Counted from the stretch's first letter, positions 1-14,674 are shown. The stretch: DNA of 64,000 bases from Acidimicrobiia bacterium (GCA_965204615.1 OZ242000.1:3223913-3287912); one strand, 5' to 3'. The notes: generated by a model from the sequence alone, not told the origin. Made by a program: numbers and translations.

Positions 1-130
1 CAGGGTTTCCCTTTGCGTGATTCAATGCGGTGGGACAAGGCTCGGTGATGCGGATACGTGCGTCGAGCCATGAAAAGTTTCTGTCACACCCTGCCGGTAT
101 TGTGTCGGGCACTGATAGCTGAAAGGATGC

Positions 131-1357
131 ATGATGCCCAATCTGACCTATGAACAAATCCGTGACGCTACTGCTGGTGAGGCGGTGGCTCTTAGATCGG
201 TGACGAGCCTGCAGCCCGCTGGGGGACGGGGTGACAAGGTGTTTCCTCCGACTTATGCGGTTGACTCTCGGGCTGAACATCGGTACGCAGTGGAAGAGCG
301 TCAGGTTGGAGACGAGGTAATGAGGACTGTGCTGTTGGATTCCGTCGCTTCGCAAGCTAACCGGGCGGAGCTCGCCTTGTTGGCCGGATGGGAGGACGGC
401 GAACTGGGTTTTCCGGTGGCGTACGTCGACTTCATGGCAGATGATGAACTCGCGGACATCGGGAAGCTCACCGTTCTGGAAGCGCCACATCGGATCGCTG
501 ATGCCATATTCCGGGACAGTCTTCTGGACGGGACTCTTTTCCGACTATCCAACATCGGAAGGGCGATCACCAATGCTCATTCCCGTGATGCGACCGCGCT
601 GTTTCGTTATTCCCCAACGGCGCTTCTTTTCGGCATGTGGGACTCGACCGGACCCAAGGGAGGCGGGGGATCGAAGTTCCAACGGGCATACGTCTCGGAG
701 ATCGTCGGTTTCAACGCAACGGTGGGCCGCAAAGTAGGTAGCCGTATCGATCCGTTGCAGATCGAACGGGACGCTGCCGTTGCTTTTCAGCACAGGGACC
801 CCGAGCAACGATGGACGTTGGACGAATCAGATGCAGCGCGAGACAAGAAAGGCAATCCCATAAAGGCCGGTGCCGATGGTCGGCCGGCGGAGATCAATCA
901 TGGCAACATCGCTCCCAGCATCAATACCTTGTCGGGCGGGGTAACCATCTCAGAAGCGACGCAGACCATCGTCATTTCTCTGGCTGCTCCCCGACGACTC
1001 CGCTTTGCTGGCCAGAGTCGAGCTGCCGAGGATGCCGCTCGTACCGCGATCGCCGCTTTGGGTGTCGCTGCGGTCGCATACCAGCACGAGATGGACTATG
1101 ACCTTCGGTCTCGCTGCTTGCTCGTCCCCCAGCATTCCCCTCGGCTAGAGGTTATTACGCGGGATGGGTCCGAACCCGAAGTTGTCGGAGTGGATCGAGC
1201 CACGTCCGCGGACTTGCTTCGCCAAGCCGCAGAGGAGGCTCAACAGGCAGGGCTGGGCTGGACAACCTCGGAGTTCCGACTGGAACCGGCGCCTAAATTG
1301 GTGCAGCTCATCAAACAGAGCCGTCGGGTGTCAGCCGACAAGCCTCTTTCGGGATAA
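131..1357 (+). CDS. Type I-U/I-G Cas7-like backbone protein (Csb1 family), tentative
   Basis: First gene of an operon that continues into cas5/6, cas3-HD, cas4-cas1 and cas2. Glycine-rich loop (STGPKGGGGSKFQ) typical of Cas7 RAMPs. Size of 408 aa fits Csb1. Assignment is by context and motif, not alignment. Confidence 0.45.
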   Translation: MMPNLTYEQIRDATAGEAVALRSVTSLQPAGGRGDKVFPPTYAVDSRAEHRYAVEERQVGDEVMRTVLLDSVASQANRAELALLAGWEDGELGFPVAYVDFMADDELADIGKLTVLEAPHRIADAIFRDSLLDGTLFRLSNIGRAITNAHSRDATALFRYSPTALLFGMWDSTGPKGGGGSKFQRAYVSEIVGFNATVGRKVGSRIDPLQIERDAAVAFQHRDPEQRWTLDESDAARDKKGNPIKAGADGRPAEINHGNIAPSINTLSGGVTISEATQTIVISLAAPRRLRFAGQSRAAEDAARTAIAALGVAAVAYQHEMDYDLRSRCLLVPQHSPRLEVITRDGSEPEVVGVDRATSADLLRQAAEEAQQAGLGWTTSEFRLEPAPKLVQLIKQSRRVSADKPLSG

Positions 1358-1360
1358 GCG

Positions 1361-6688
<5,328 letters not shown>

Positions 6689-6838
6689 ATAACCCCCCTG
6701 TGGTGCTGTCAGGGATTCTCTGTCGGTGTTAAGATGGCGCATCGACCACTCAACATCGACTAATCCATCTGTCGAAGCATTTGAGAATGCGAACGGCTGT
6801 AGGATTTCACCTCACCTTCCTATTCAGCCCCAACGACT

Positions 6839-8479
6839 ATGTCTGACGTACCAGCTCTGGTTCCAGTTCGGATGGTCAATGAGTTTGAGTACTGTCCGCG
6901 GCTTTTTTATCTTGAGTGGGTTCAATCTCGGTTCGTGGATAATCCCGATACCGTGGAGGGTCGTTATGTGCATCGGAAGGTCGATCCGGGGGGAGGTCGG
7001 ATCGCCGGACCGGAAGAGGATGACCCGGTGCGGAAGGCCCGGTCTGTGATGTTGGGGTCGGACCGTTTGGGGCTGATCGCCAAGGCGGACATAATCGAGG
7101 GAGGGAATGGCCGGGTGACTCCCGTTGAGGTCAAACGGGGCCGACCGCCCAAGCATGGTCCGGCATGGTCTCCCGAGCTCGTGCAACTGTGTGCGATCGG
7201 GCTGCTGCTCCGTGACAACGGGTACCAGTGCTCCGAGGGCGAGATTTACTTTGCGGAGACCCGCCAGCGGGTGACCATTCCTTTCGATGACGAACTGGTG
7301 GCGAAGACCCTCCGACTCGTGGAGGAGTTGCGGCATGTCGCGTCGGGACCGGACCCGCCTCCACCATTGGTCGACAGCCCGAAGTGCCCCCGTTGTTCCC
7401 TGGTGGGCATCTGCTTACCCGACGAGACCAACCTGCACACAAAGCGCTCCCTGAAGCGGCCCCGCCGGTTGGTGCCCCGCGATCCGTCCGCCCGCCCCTT
7501 GCATATCACCGAGCAGGGTGCGCGGATCGGCGTCAGGGGAGGTCGTGCCGTGGTCTCCAAGCACTACAAGGAAGTCGAATCGGTACGCATGATCGATGTC
7601 TCCCAGGTCTCGGTTTACGGCAACGTTCAACTGAGTTCCCAGTTCATGCGAGCGGCATTCATGCGGGAGATGCCGGTGTGCTGGTTCTCCTACGGTGGAT
7701 GGTTCCAAGGCATCGCCCATGGCCTGCCGTCGAAACATGTCGAACTGCGACGACGCCAAGTAGCCATAGCTGCTCAGGCGGGACTTCCGATCGCTCGACG
7801 GTTGGCCGAAGGAAAGATCCGCAATTCCCGCACCCTTCTTCGCAGAAACGCCAGACAGAATGTAGAGCGGGTCCTGGCACAACTCAACACTCTCGCCCAC
7901 CGGGCTGTATCTGCGCTATCCGTCGAAACCCTTCTCGGTCTGGAGGGAACCGCGGCCCGCCTCTACTTCTCCAAATTCGCCACCATGTTTAAGGACGACG
8001 ATCTCGGCACCTTTGACTTCCAGAGCAGGAACCGACGACCTCCAAGGGACCCGGTCAACTGCCTGCTGTCCTTCGGGTATTCGATGCTGGTCAAGGACTT
8101 CACGGCCACAGCCCTGGCGGTGGGCTTCGACCCATACCTCGGTGTCTACCATCACCCCAGATTCGGACAACCGGCCCTGGCCCTCGACCTGGCCGAGGAA
8201 TTCCGACCTCTCATAGCGGAATCGGTCGTCTTGACTCTCATCAACAACAACGAGATCAGCCGAAACAACTTCGTCATCCGGGCACAAGGGGCAGCGATGA
8301 CCAGCCAGGGACGAAGGACTTTCATCAAAGCCTACGAGCGCCGACTCGACCAAGAAGTGACACACCCCACTTACAAGTACCGGATCACCTACCGCAGAGT
8401 CTTCGAAGTCCAGGCGCGCATGCTCGGCGCCTACCTACTGGGGGAAATACCCGAATACGTACCCTTCATGACGAGGTAA
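6839..8479 (+). CDS. cas4-cas1: Cas4-Cas1 fusion protein
   Basis: N-terminal Cas4 features (EFEYCPRLFYLEW, C-terminal Cys cluster CPRCSLVGIC). C-terminal Cas1 region (GVYHHPRFGQPALALDLAEEFRPLIAE). Confidence 0.85.
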   Translation: MSDVPALVPVRMVNEFEYCPRLFYLEWVQSRFVDNPDTVEGRYVHRKVDPGGGRIAGPEEDDPVRKARSVMLGSDRLGLIAKADIIEGGNGRVTPVEVKRGRPPKHGPAWSPELVQLCAIGLLLRDNGYQCSEGEIYFAETRQRVTIPFDDELVAKTLRLVEELRHVASGPDPPPPLVDSPKCPRCSLVGICLPDETNLHTKRSLKRPRRLVPRDPSARPLHITEQGARIGVRGGRAVVSKHYKEVESVRMIDVSQVSVYGNVQLSSQFMRAAFMREMPVCWFSYGGWFQGIAHGLPSKHVELRRRQVAIAAQAGLPIARRLAEGKIRNSRTLLRRNARQNVERVLAQLNTLAHRAVSALSVETLLGLEGTAARLYFSKFATMFKDDDLGTFDFQSRNRRPPRDPVNCLLSFGYSMLVKDFTATALAVGFDPYLGVYHHPRFGQPALALDLAEEFRPLIAESVVLTLINNNEISRNNFVIRAQGAAMTSQGRRTFIKAYERRLDQEVTHPTYKYRITYRRVFEVQARMLGAYLLGEIPEYVPFMTR

Positions 8480-8659
8480 ATGATGGCCAGAGGAAGAAAG
8501 CGATACCTGGTAGCGTATGACATCAGACACCAAAAGCGTCTACGTCAAGTACACAAGACAATGAAGGCCTACGGGTGGGCCATGCAATACAGCGTTTTCA
8601 TATGCGATCTTGACTTCATAGAACTGGTCGAGATGCGCACCGACCTAGGAGGCTGCTGA
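8480..8659 (+). pseudogene. cas2: cas2 5' portion (54 native codons), truncated by IS insertion after position 8642
   Basis: MMARGRKRYLVAYDIRHQKRLRQVHKTMKAYGWAMQYSVFICDLD is a Cas2 N-terminal half. The ORF is only 59 aa. Its last codons and stop lie inside the IS terminal inverted repeat. Confidence 0.7.
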
Positions 8660-8777
8660 GTATTGGTGTTGGTGGGTGGGGTGTTGGTGGTCTGAGGCTG
8701 GGTGTTGGTGTTCTGTTGGGTTGTGTTTCTTCCCTTGGGGAGGCCGTGGAGGCGGTCGGGGGTGGGTTTCGGGGTGG

Positions 8778-9590
8778 TTAGGTGGGTTTGGCGGCCCAGC
8801 CAACAGGGGTGTGGTGTAGTCCGAGGTTGATGAGGCGTCGTAGGTTGATTGCGGCGATGCGGGTGTGGAGTTGTTGTCGGTTTGGTTCTATGCCCCGGTA
8901 TCTGAGTTTTCGGTTTCCTCGGGCGACGATGTGAGCGATGATCCGTTCCACTGATGGTCGCCAGCGGTTGTAACGGGCGACGGTTTGGGGTTGTTTCCAT
9001 TGTTGTCTGGCTCGGTCGAGCAGCCGATGGTGGGGGTGGATCTGTAGGTGCCGTCCTGTTTTGCTGGTGGTGCAACGACTTCGGTAGGGACAGTCGGTAC
9101 AGACCGCTCTGAAACGGACCTGTCCTGTCGATCCGATGGTGGCGGTGTTACCGGCCGGGCAGGTCACCTTTCGGTGTTCGGGGTCGATCACGAAGTCGTC
9201 GCGGGTGAACTGGTCGGCGCCCAACCGAGGGTTGCGTCTGGCGGGTATCGGTTTGATCGTGGTGATATGACCGGCCTCGGGCTTGGCCAAAGCGGCACGG
9301 ACGTGGCCCGATCCGTAGGCCGAATCGGCGATAACCTCGGTACCCGGTTTGTCCTTTTTTAGCAGTTCCACGCCGGTGGGACCGTCCGGTGTGTTGGCCG
9401 AGGTGATCTCACAGGCAGTGACGATCCCTGTTTCGGGCTCGGCCACGATATGGGCTTTGTAACCGTCCCGACGCTGCGAAGACGTTTTGCGTCCGTGCCG
9501 AGCCTGCGGATCGACGACCGAGATCGTCCGATCCGAAGCGACCCGGCGGGCGATCCTCCATTTTCCCGTCCGGTCGGGGTCGGGTTCCAC
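8778..9590 (-). pseudogene. IS1182/IS5-like DDE transposase, C-terminal half
   Basis: GYKAHI...DSAYGSG...RWRPSVERIIAHIVARGNRKLRYRGIEPNRQQLHTRIAAINLRRL is a typical IS1182/IS5 C-terminus. It begins exactly at the IS256 target-site duplication. Confidence 0.65.
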
Positions 9591-10982
9591 GGGCCTGTCA
9601 AATTGTCTGTGTGAGGGGTTGGGTTCATGGGTTTTATTGGGTTAGGTTCATTCGGTTTGGGAAGTGGATTTCGAGTTGGTTTAGGGCTGTTTTCCAGCCG
9701 TGGGTGCGGGTTCCGAGGTTGCCTCCTCTCTTGTTGGCGATGTTCCGAGCCGCCAGGCGCAGCAGTTTCAGAGCGGATTGGTCGGTGGGGAAATGGCCCC
9801 TGGTTTTGGTGACTTTCCGCAGCTGGTAGTGAACGCTTTCCACCAGGTTGGTGGTGTACACGACCCGGCGAAGCTCGGGAGGGAACCGCAGGAACGGGGT
9901 GAACTCTTCCCAGGCGCGTCGCCATACGCGTATCATCCCCGGGTAGCGGTTTCCCCACTGGTCGTCGAGTTCGTCCAGCGCCTGGGCGGCCGCCTCGGCG
10001 TTCACCGCCGTGTACACGACCCGAAGCCCCTTGGCGATCATTTTGCGGTCTTTCCAGCTGCACAGCCGCATAGAGGCCCGTATCAGGTGGATGACACAGG
10101 TCTGGACCAGCGCCTGAGGCCAGGTGGCCTCGATCGCGTCCGGGAGGCCTTTCAGGCCGTCACAGCACACGATCAGCACGTCCTCGAGGCCTCGGTGGCG
10201 GATCTCGGTCAGCACCGACAGCCAGTATTTGGCGCCTTCTCCGCCGTCGCCGAGCCACACCCCGAGGACGTGTTTGCGACCGTCCACATCGACACCGACC
10301 ACCACGTACGCTGGGCGGTTGATGACAGTACCGTCGGTACGGACCTTGATCACCATGGCGTCTATGTACAAGAGGGGATAGCACCGGTCAAGGGGCCGGT
10401 TCTGCCACTCGGTGAGCTCCTCGACGATCCCGTCGGTGACCTTGGACACCAACGCCGGCGACACATCCACGCCGTACATGCGAGCCAACTCCGAGCGGAT
10501 GTCACGGGTGGACAGACCCCGGGCGTACAACGCCACGATGTTGGCGTTGAAGCCCTCCAGACGCCGGGCGCCCTTGGGAACGATCCTGGGTTCGAACGTA
10601 GCGTTGCGGTCACGGGGCACGTCCAGGTCCACCGCGCCGATCTCGGTCAGGACCTGTTTCGGAGTGGTCCCGTTCCGGCTGTTGCCCGTCCCATGGCCCA
10701 TCGGGTCACCATGCTCATAGCCCAAATGATCAGTCAACTCCTCAGAAAGAGCCCGTTCCAGCACCCGCTTGGTCAACTCGGCCAACACACCGTCAGGACC
10801 CAAAAGGTCCACACCACCCGCCGCAGCGTCCGACACCACAGCCTCCACCAGCTCGTCGGACACCACACCAGCCGGCTCCGTCATCACATGTTCAGTCATA
10901 CATCATCTCCTCTCAGGCCGGGCTCTCACACCAGCCAAACAAATCAGAGAACCCAACCTCACACAGACATGTATACAGGCTC
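9591..10982 (-). mobile_element. IS256-family insertion sequence (1392 bp) nested in the IS1182-like transposase gene
   Basis: Imperfect ~33-bp inverted repeats (GGGCCTGTCAAATTGTCTGTGTGAGGGGTTGGGTTC at the left, matching the reverse complement of the right end). Flanked by an 8-bp direct repeat GGTTCCAC at 9583..9590 and 10983..10990. Confidence 0.8.
9634..10899 (-). CDS. IS256-family (mutator-type) transposase
   Basis: 421 aa with the characteristic IS256 transposase core (DHLGYEHGD...SRNGTTPKQVLTEIGAVDLDVPRDRNATFEPRIVPKG...). Confidence 0.85.
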   Translation of the reverse strand: MTEHVMTEPAGVVSDELVEAVVSDAAAGGVDLLGPDGVLAELTKRVLERALSEELTDHLGYEHGDPMGHGTGNSRNGTTPKQVLTEIGAVDLDVPRDRNATFEPRIVPKGARRLEGFNANIVALYARGLSTRDIRSELARMYGVDVSPALVSKVTDGIVEELTEWQNRPLDRCYPLLYIDAMVIKVRTDGTVINRPAYVVVGVDVDGRKHVLGVWLGDGGEGAKYWLSVLTEIRHRGLEDVLIVCCDGLKGLPDAIEATWPQALVQTCVIHLIRASMRLCSWKDRKMIAKGLRVVYTAVNAEAAAQALDELDDQWGNRYPGMIRVWRRAWEEFTPFLRFPPELRRVVYTTNLVESVHYQLRKVTKTRGHFPTDQSALKLLRLAARNIANKRGGNLGTRTHGWKTALNQLEIHFPNRMNLTQ

Positions 10983-11770
10983 GGTTCCACGTCCTGGCCG
11001 ACTACCACCCCTAACAAACCCACCGCTTCTGACTGTAGATCATCCAGATCAATGTCCCTAACCGTTTCCAGCACCGCCAGCCCGTCGGTGACCAAACGGT
11101 TGATCAACTCCGAGCGACTGTCCGGGTCCGACCAATCACAGGATGGCTTGCTCCCTTGGTAGTAATCATGGGACAACACCACCTCACGCGCTTGGGGGAT
11201 CAGACGGCGGCAGCGGCGAATCTGGGATGTGATCATGGTCACCGTGTCCTGGGTGACCACCGCATCATCCAAAACCGTGGAGTCCAACACCCGGCGGGTG
11301 CGACCCGACAACACCCCCGTCTGGTCCACCACCCTCCTAACCGCGTCGAAGATCCGCTCCGGCTGGTGACTGTTTCTTAGTCTCGCCCGCCACAAAGTCA
11401 ACACCGTGGGATGGAACCCTTCATCGGTCAACGCCAACCCCGCCGCGGCTTTCCAACGAATATCACACCGCAACCGACCGATCGCTTCCCGATCCGACAG
11501 GCCTTCCAACGCCTGTAACACCATCACCGTCGCCACCACCGACCCCGGAACCGATCGACGACCCCGCGGACCGAACAGATCCTCGAACATCCCATCCGGG
11601 AACACTGTCTTGCGGTGCTCGGCCAAAAACCGATGAACCGACCCTTCAGGAACCAGATCACCACACACCGCCATCGCGTCCAACAACTGCCGATCAAAAC
11701 CTTCACTACCCAACATCCCCCGAATTATCTCATAAACCGGCACCCGACACCAGCATTCACCAACCCCCAC
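10913..11770 (-). pseudogene. IS1182-like transposase, N-terminal half (reads through into IS256)
   Basis: FPDGMFEDLFGPRGRRSVPGSVVATVMVLQALEGLSDREAIGRLRCDIRWKAAAGL is an IS1182/IS5-family N-terminal domain. The native part ends at ...GVVVGQDVEP (10991), which is continued by VEPDPDR in the C-half. Confidence 0.65.
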
Positions 11771-11800
11771 CCACCCGAATAAATCAGCAGCCTCCTAGGT

Positions 11801-11932
11801 GCCATCATCAACCACGGTATCGATTCCATCGCCATCATCGATCTCGGTCAACCGGAAGACCGCGGCAGCAAATGCTTCTCTTTCATCGGCCAATCCAACC
11901 CCCTACCAGTCAGCGGACCCGTGATAATCTGA
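11801..11932 (+). pseudogene. cas2: Putative displaced cas2 3' end (C-terminal ~43 codons)
   Basis: An ORF immediately outside the right IS repeat encodes AIINHGIDSIAIIDLGQPEDRG..., resembling the Cas2 C-terminal DS(V/I)R(I/V)Y-LG region. 54 + 43 aa gives a normal Cas2 length. Frame continuity across the junction is not proven. Confidence 0.3.
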
Positions 11933-11959
11933 TGCGAGAGGCCAGGTCCGACCGCCAGT

Positions 11960-12103
11960 ACCAGGCACCGCTCGACAGCCTGCTAGACGTAGAAATAAAG
12001 CACTTTGACAACCGAGTGACAGCCGCTCGAAATCAGCCGCTAAGCCAACCGCTCGCAAACCTTGGGCTAAACCCCAGGTCAACGGCCGAATGACAAGCGA
12101 GCC
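11960..12103 (+). promoter_or_regulatory. Putative CRISPR leader (promoter-proximal region upstream of repeat 1)
   Basis: Lies directly upstream of the best-conserved repeats. It is a locally AT-richer stretch with TTGACA at about 12000. No -10 element could be confirmed. Confidence 0.3.
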
Positions 12104-13109
12104 CCTCCGAGGGCCGATCTCGGCCCTCCTCCATTGCGGCATGCTCCTGGGCATGCTCCTGGGCAGCACTGGCCACCCGAAGATGGCTGCCTCCGAGGGC
12201 CGATCTCGGCCCTCCTCCATTGCGGCCGGCGGCGGCTAGGAAGTCGTTTGCCCATACTTGGCCTCCGAGGGCCGATCTCGGCCCTCCTCCATTGCGGCAT
12301 TCCTTGTTTGAGTATTTCGTAAGCCTCTTCTGCTGCCTCCGAGGGCCGATCTCGGCCCTCCTCCATTGCGGCGAGGCGCTCGCCGATGGGAACACCTGGA
12401 CCCGAGAACCTCCGAGGGCCGATCTCGGCCCTCCTCCATTGCGGCTACCGCGACAATGTGCTCGTCGGGGATTTCCAGTACTACCTCCGAGGGCCGATCT
12501 CGGTCCTCCTCCATTGCGGCTACGCCCGGTACATCGAGGGTCGTCCGATGGCCGCCCTTCCGAGGGCCGATCTCGGCCCTTCTCCATTGCGGCTGGGCCA
12601 ATGCCCGGAAATGGCAAGACTTCCCCGAGCTCCGAGGGCCGATCTCGGTCCTCCTCCATTGCGGCCATGACATCGAGTTCGACCCAGGTGGCGTCCCGGC
12701 CCGCCCTCCGAGGGCCGATCTCGGTCCTCCTCCATTGCGGCTGGTACCTGACGACCAACCCGGGCCATCTGACCGTCCCTCCGAGGGCCGATCTCGGCCC
12801 TCCTCCATTGCGGCGCATAGCACCAGCCCGAAGCCAGACAGCTAACCCAACCTCCGAGGGCCGATCTCGGTCCTCCTCCATTGCGGCGTGTACAGAATCT
12901 CGTCGACCTGCGTCTGGATGGCCAGCCTCCGAGGGCCGATTTCGGCCCTCCTTCATTGCGGCCGGACCTGGAGCAGTCGCCGGTAGAAGTTGTCCGGCCC
13001 TTCGGGGGTCGATTTCGGCCCTCCTTCATTGCGGACCGACCTCTTCGCCTTGATGCCCGTCCAGGTCGTCACCCTTCGGGGGTCGATTTCGGCCCTCCTT
13101 CATTGCGGC
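12104..13109 (+). CRISPR. CRISPR array: 14 repeats of 37 bp (CCTCCGAGGGCCGATCTCGGCCCTCCTCCATTGCGGC) and 13 spacers (35-39 bp, except spacer 1 at 49 bp)
   Basis: Repeats start at 12104, 12190, 12262, 12336, 12409, 12484, 12557, 12629, 12705, 12778, 12851, 12926, 12999 and 13073. R1-R5 are identical; later repeats accumulate substitutions, and R12-R14 are degenerate. Internal palindrome GAGGGCCGA-TC-TCGGCCCTC. The 3' handle-like ATTGCGGC supports plus-strand orientation. Confidence 0.9.
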
Positions 13110-13229
13110 CCAACTTGTGCAGGCGTGGACCTGCCTGCTGAGACTATGTCTGGCATGGAATTGTAGAGAGGGGTTCTGACCTGGGTAAAGGGCGGATATG
13201 AAGTGTTAGGGGAGGGAAACCCACGGGGG

Positions 13230-13680
13230 GAGCGGGCCTCAGGCGGTTCGCGACTTGGGTGTGGCTTCGCCTTCAACTTCTCGGCGGGGCTAGTTGCGGG
13301 CCGGCTTTGGTTAGGGAACCAGGCAGACCTTCCCAGCACTTGGCGGTCGGCCAGGTAGGCGATGGCTGCGGGGGCCTGGTCGAAGGAGAAGACCCAGTCC
13401 ACGTGGGGGTGGATCAGGCCCTGCTCGCACCACTCTTTGAGTTGGACGAGATTGGCGCGGTTCTCTCTGGGGTAGCGTTCCACGAAGTCTCCCCAGAACA
13501 CTCCCACCGCCGAGGCCGATTTCAGGAGGGCCAGGTTGAGCGGCAGACGGGGGATCTTCCCGGCCGCAAAGTCGACCACCAGCAGGCATCCGTTCCACCG
13601 GAGTGAGCGGAAGCAGGTTTCAGTGGCGCAACCGCCCACCGGATCGTAGACCACGTCGGCGCTCTTTCCGTCGGTGAAAC
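13230..13680 (-). pseudogene. Truncated copy A of the qor 3' end (~380 bp, with a 1-bp deletion near the stop) plus conserved downstream element
   Basis: 13301..13680 is about 90% identical to 31591..31970 of the intact qor; the encoded VYDPVGGxATETCFRSLRWNG...ADRQVLGR matches. 13203..13300 carries the shared downstream element (GGGAGGGAA...CGCGACTTGGxTGTGGCTTTCGCC...CGGCGGGGCTAGTT...). Confidence 0.75.
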
Positions 13681-13700
13681 TGCGGACAGCCTCCTAGCGT

Positions 13701-14036
13701 ATGGCCCGTCCCTTCAATGTCGATGTGGTCTCACCGGAGGGGACGCTTTGGGCGGGCGACGCCGAGTTCCTGGTGGCTCGCACCACCGAGGGCGAGATCG
13801 GGATCCTGGCCGGGCACGAGCCGCTGATGGCCGCCCTGTCGGCCGGTCCGGTGCTGATCGACCACGACGGCGACCAGCGGACCACCATTGCGGTGCACGG
13901 AGGTTTCATGCAGGTGGTGGAGAACCGTGTGACCCTGCTAACCGACCGCGCCCGGATCACCGCCGGCGACCGCGCCGAGGCCGCCAAGGAGGCCCTGAGG
14001 CTCACCGAGGGCGACCCCCTCGACTTCGAGGAGTAG
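13701..14036 (+). CDS. atpC: F-type ATP synthase epsilon subunit homologue (orphan)
   Basis: 111 aa: MARPFNVDVVSPEGTLWAGDAEFLVARTTEGEIGILAGHEPLMAAL...IAVHGGFMQVVENRVTLLT closely resembles actinobacterial AtpC. No atpD lies upstream. Confidence 0.7.
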   Translation: MARPFNVDVVSPEGTLWAGDAEFLVARTTEGEIGILAGHEPLMAALSAGPVLIDHDGDQRTTIAVHGGFMQVVENRVTLLTDRARITAGDRAEAAKEALRLTEGDPLDFEE

Positions 14037-14466
14037 GAGAGCCGGGCGGGGACGCGGCTGGATAAGAGGTGGGAGAGGTTGGGAAACAGTCCCCGGCCCG
14101 TGGCTTGACTCGTGTCCCATCTCCCGACCATGATGGACGAAGCTGCAAGAACCTCTGGCCCGGGCACAGACTTACCGGGTCGCGGAATCCATGAGGTAAC
14201 CCGAGTCGCGTGTCCCCGGGGTCGGGGCATGGTCTTTCGCGATTTAACAGCGGCGGGGGTGGCGGGGGAAGGCACCCCATATGTCCGGGCCTGGCCAGCA
14301 CTCAAGGAGCTCAATTCTTGTAACTTGAACCCGATCACCACTTCCTGTGCTCCTGCGGCTACTTAGGGAACATCCATCCGAAGTGGCGATCGACGGGCTC
14401 TGTGTGAAAAATCCACTCCTCAAACCGATCTAGGAAAACCACCAACTTCTGGCTATAGACGCCGTA

Positions 14467-14667
14467 TCAGGAATGCACCACCACATTGGCTCGATCCTCC
14501 GCTTCCAGGCCCCACTCCTCCCAAGCCCGTTCGGACAGATCCGGGGTGAGTTCAACCGCTTCTGACAGGAGCACGGTCTCTAGTGGAGCATCCAAGACTG
14601 CATCAACATCGAAAATGGTGATCCCGTATTTGAGGGCTGATCCAGTTATGTAGGGCCGATAACCCAA
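14467..14667 (-). CDS. Hypothetical protein (66 aa), second of the mini-operon
   Basis: Small ORF tightly coupled to the upstream 95-aa ORF. A toxin-antitoxin-like layout is inferred from arrangement only. Confidence 0.25.
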   Translation of the reverse strand: MGYRPYITGSALKYGITIFDVDAVLDAPLETVLLSEAVELTPDLSERAWEEWGLEAEDRANVVVHS

Positions 14668-14674
14668 GTTATGC

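Larger units (their letters stand above)
8643..11800 (-). mobile_element. IS1182-family-like insertion sequence (composite, carrying a nested IS256-family element) inserted in cas2
   Basis: Perfect 17-bp terminal inverted repeats ACCTAGGAGGCTGCTGA at 8643..8659 and, reverse-complemented, at 11784..11800. The transposase is split into an N-half (10913..11770) and a C-half (8778..9590). Size without the nested IS is about 1.76 kb. Confidence 0.7.

Noticed and set aside
8660-9075. G/T-rich low-complexity tract (GGTGTT-like units, 8660..8780) and a Pro/Thr-rich 168-aa ORF on the minus strand
   Set aside because: Lies inside the IS1182-like element, between its left terminal repeat and the transposase stop. 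It is irregular and not a CRISPR or satellite array. The ORF is a translation of the low-complexity tract.
9700-11061. 453-aa ORF antisense to the IS256 transposase, plus several other 100-250-aa ORFs overlapping the IS elements
   Set aside because: High-GC antisense open frames with low-complexity Arg/Gly/Pro-rich composition. The sense-strand transposases explain the region.
12033-13053. Multiple long ORFs on both strands across the CRISPR array (repeated PQWRRAEIGPRR / LRGPISALLHCG peptides)
   Set aside because: These are translations of the 37-bp repeat in different frames. They are not coding.
13100-13654. 184-aa ORF apparently extending the qor fragment across the CRISPR trailer
   Set aside because: A 1-bp deletion near the qor stop lets the frame read through non-homologous trailer sequence. 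Only 13301..13680 is qor-derived.
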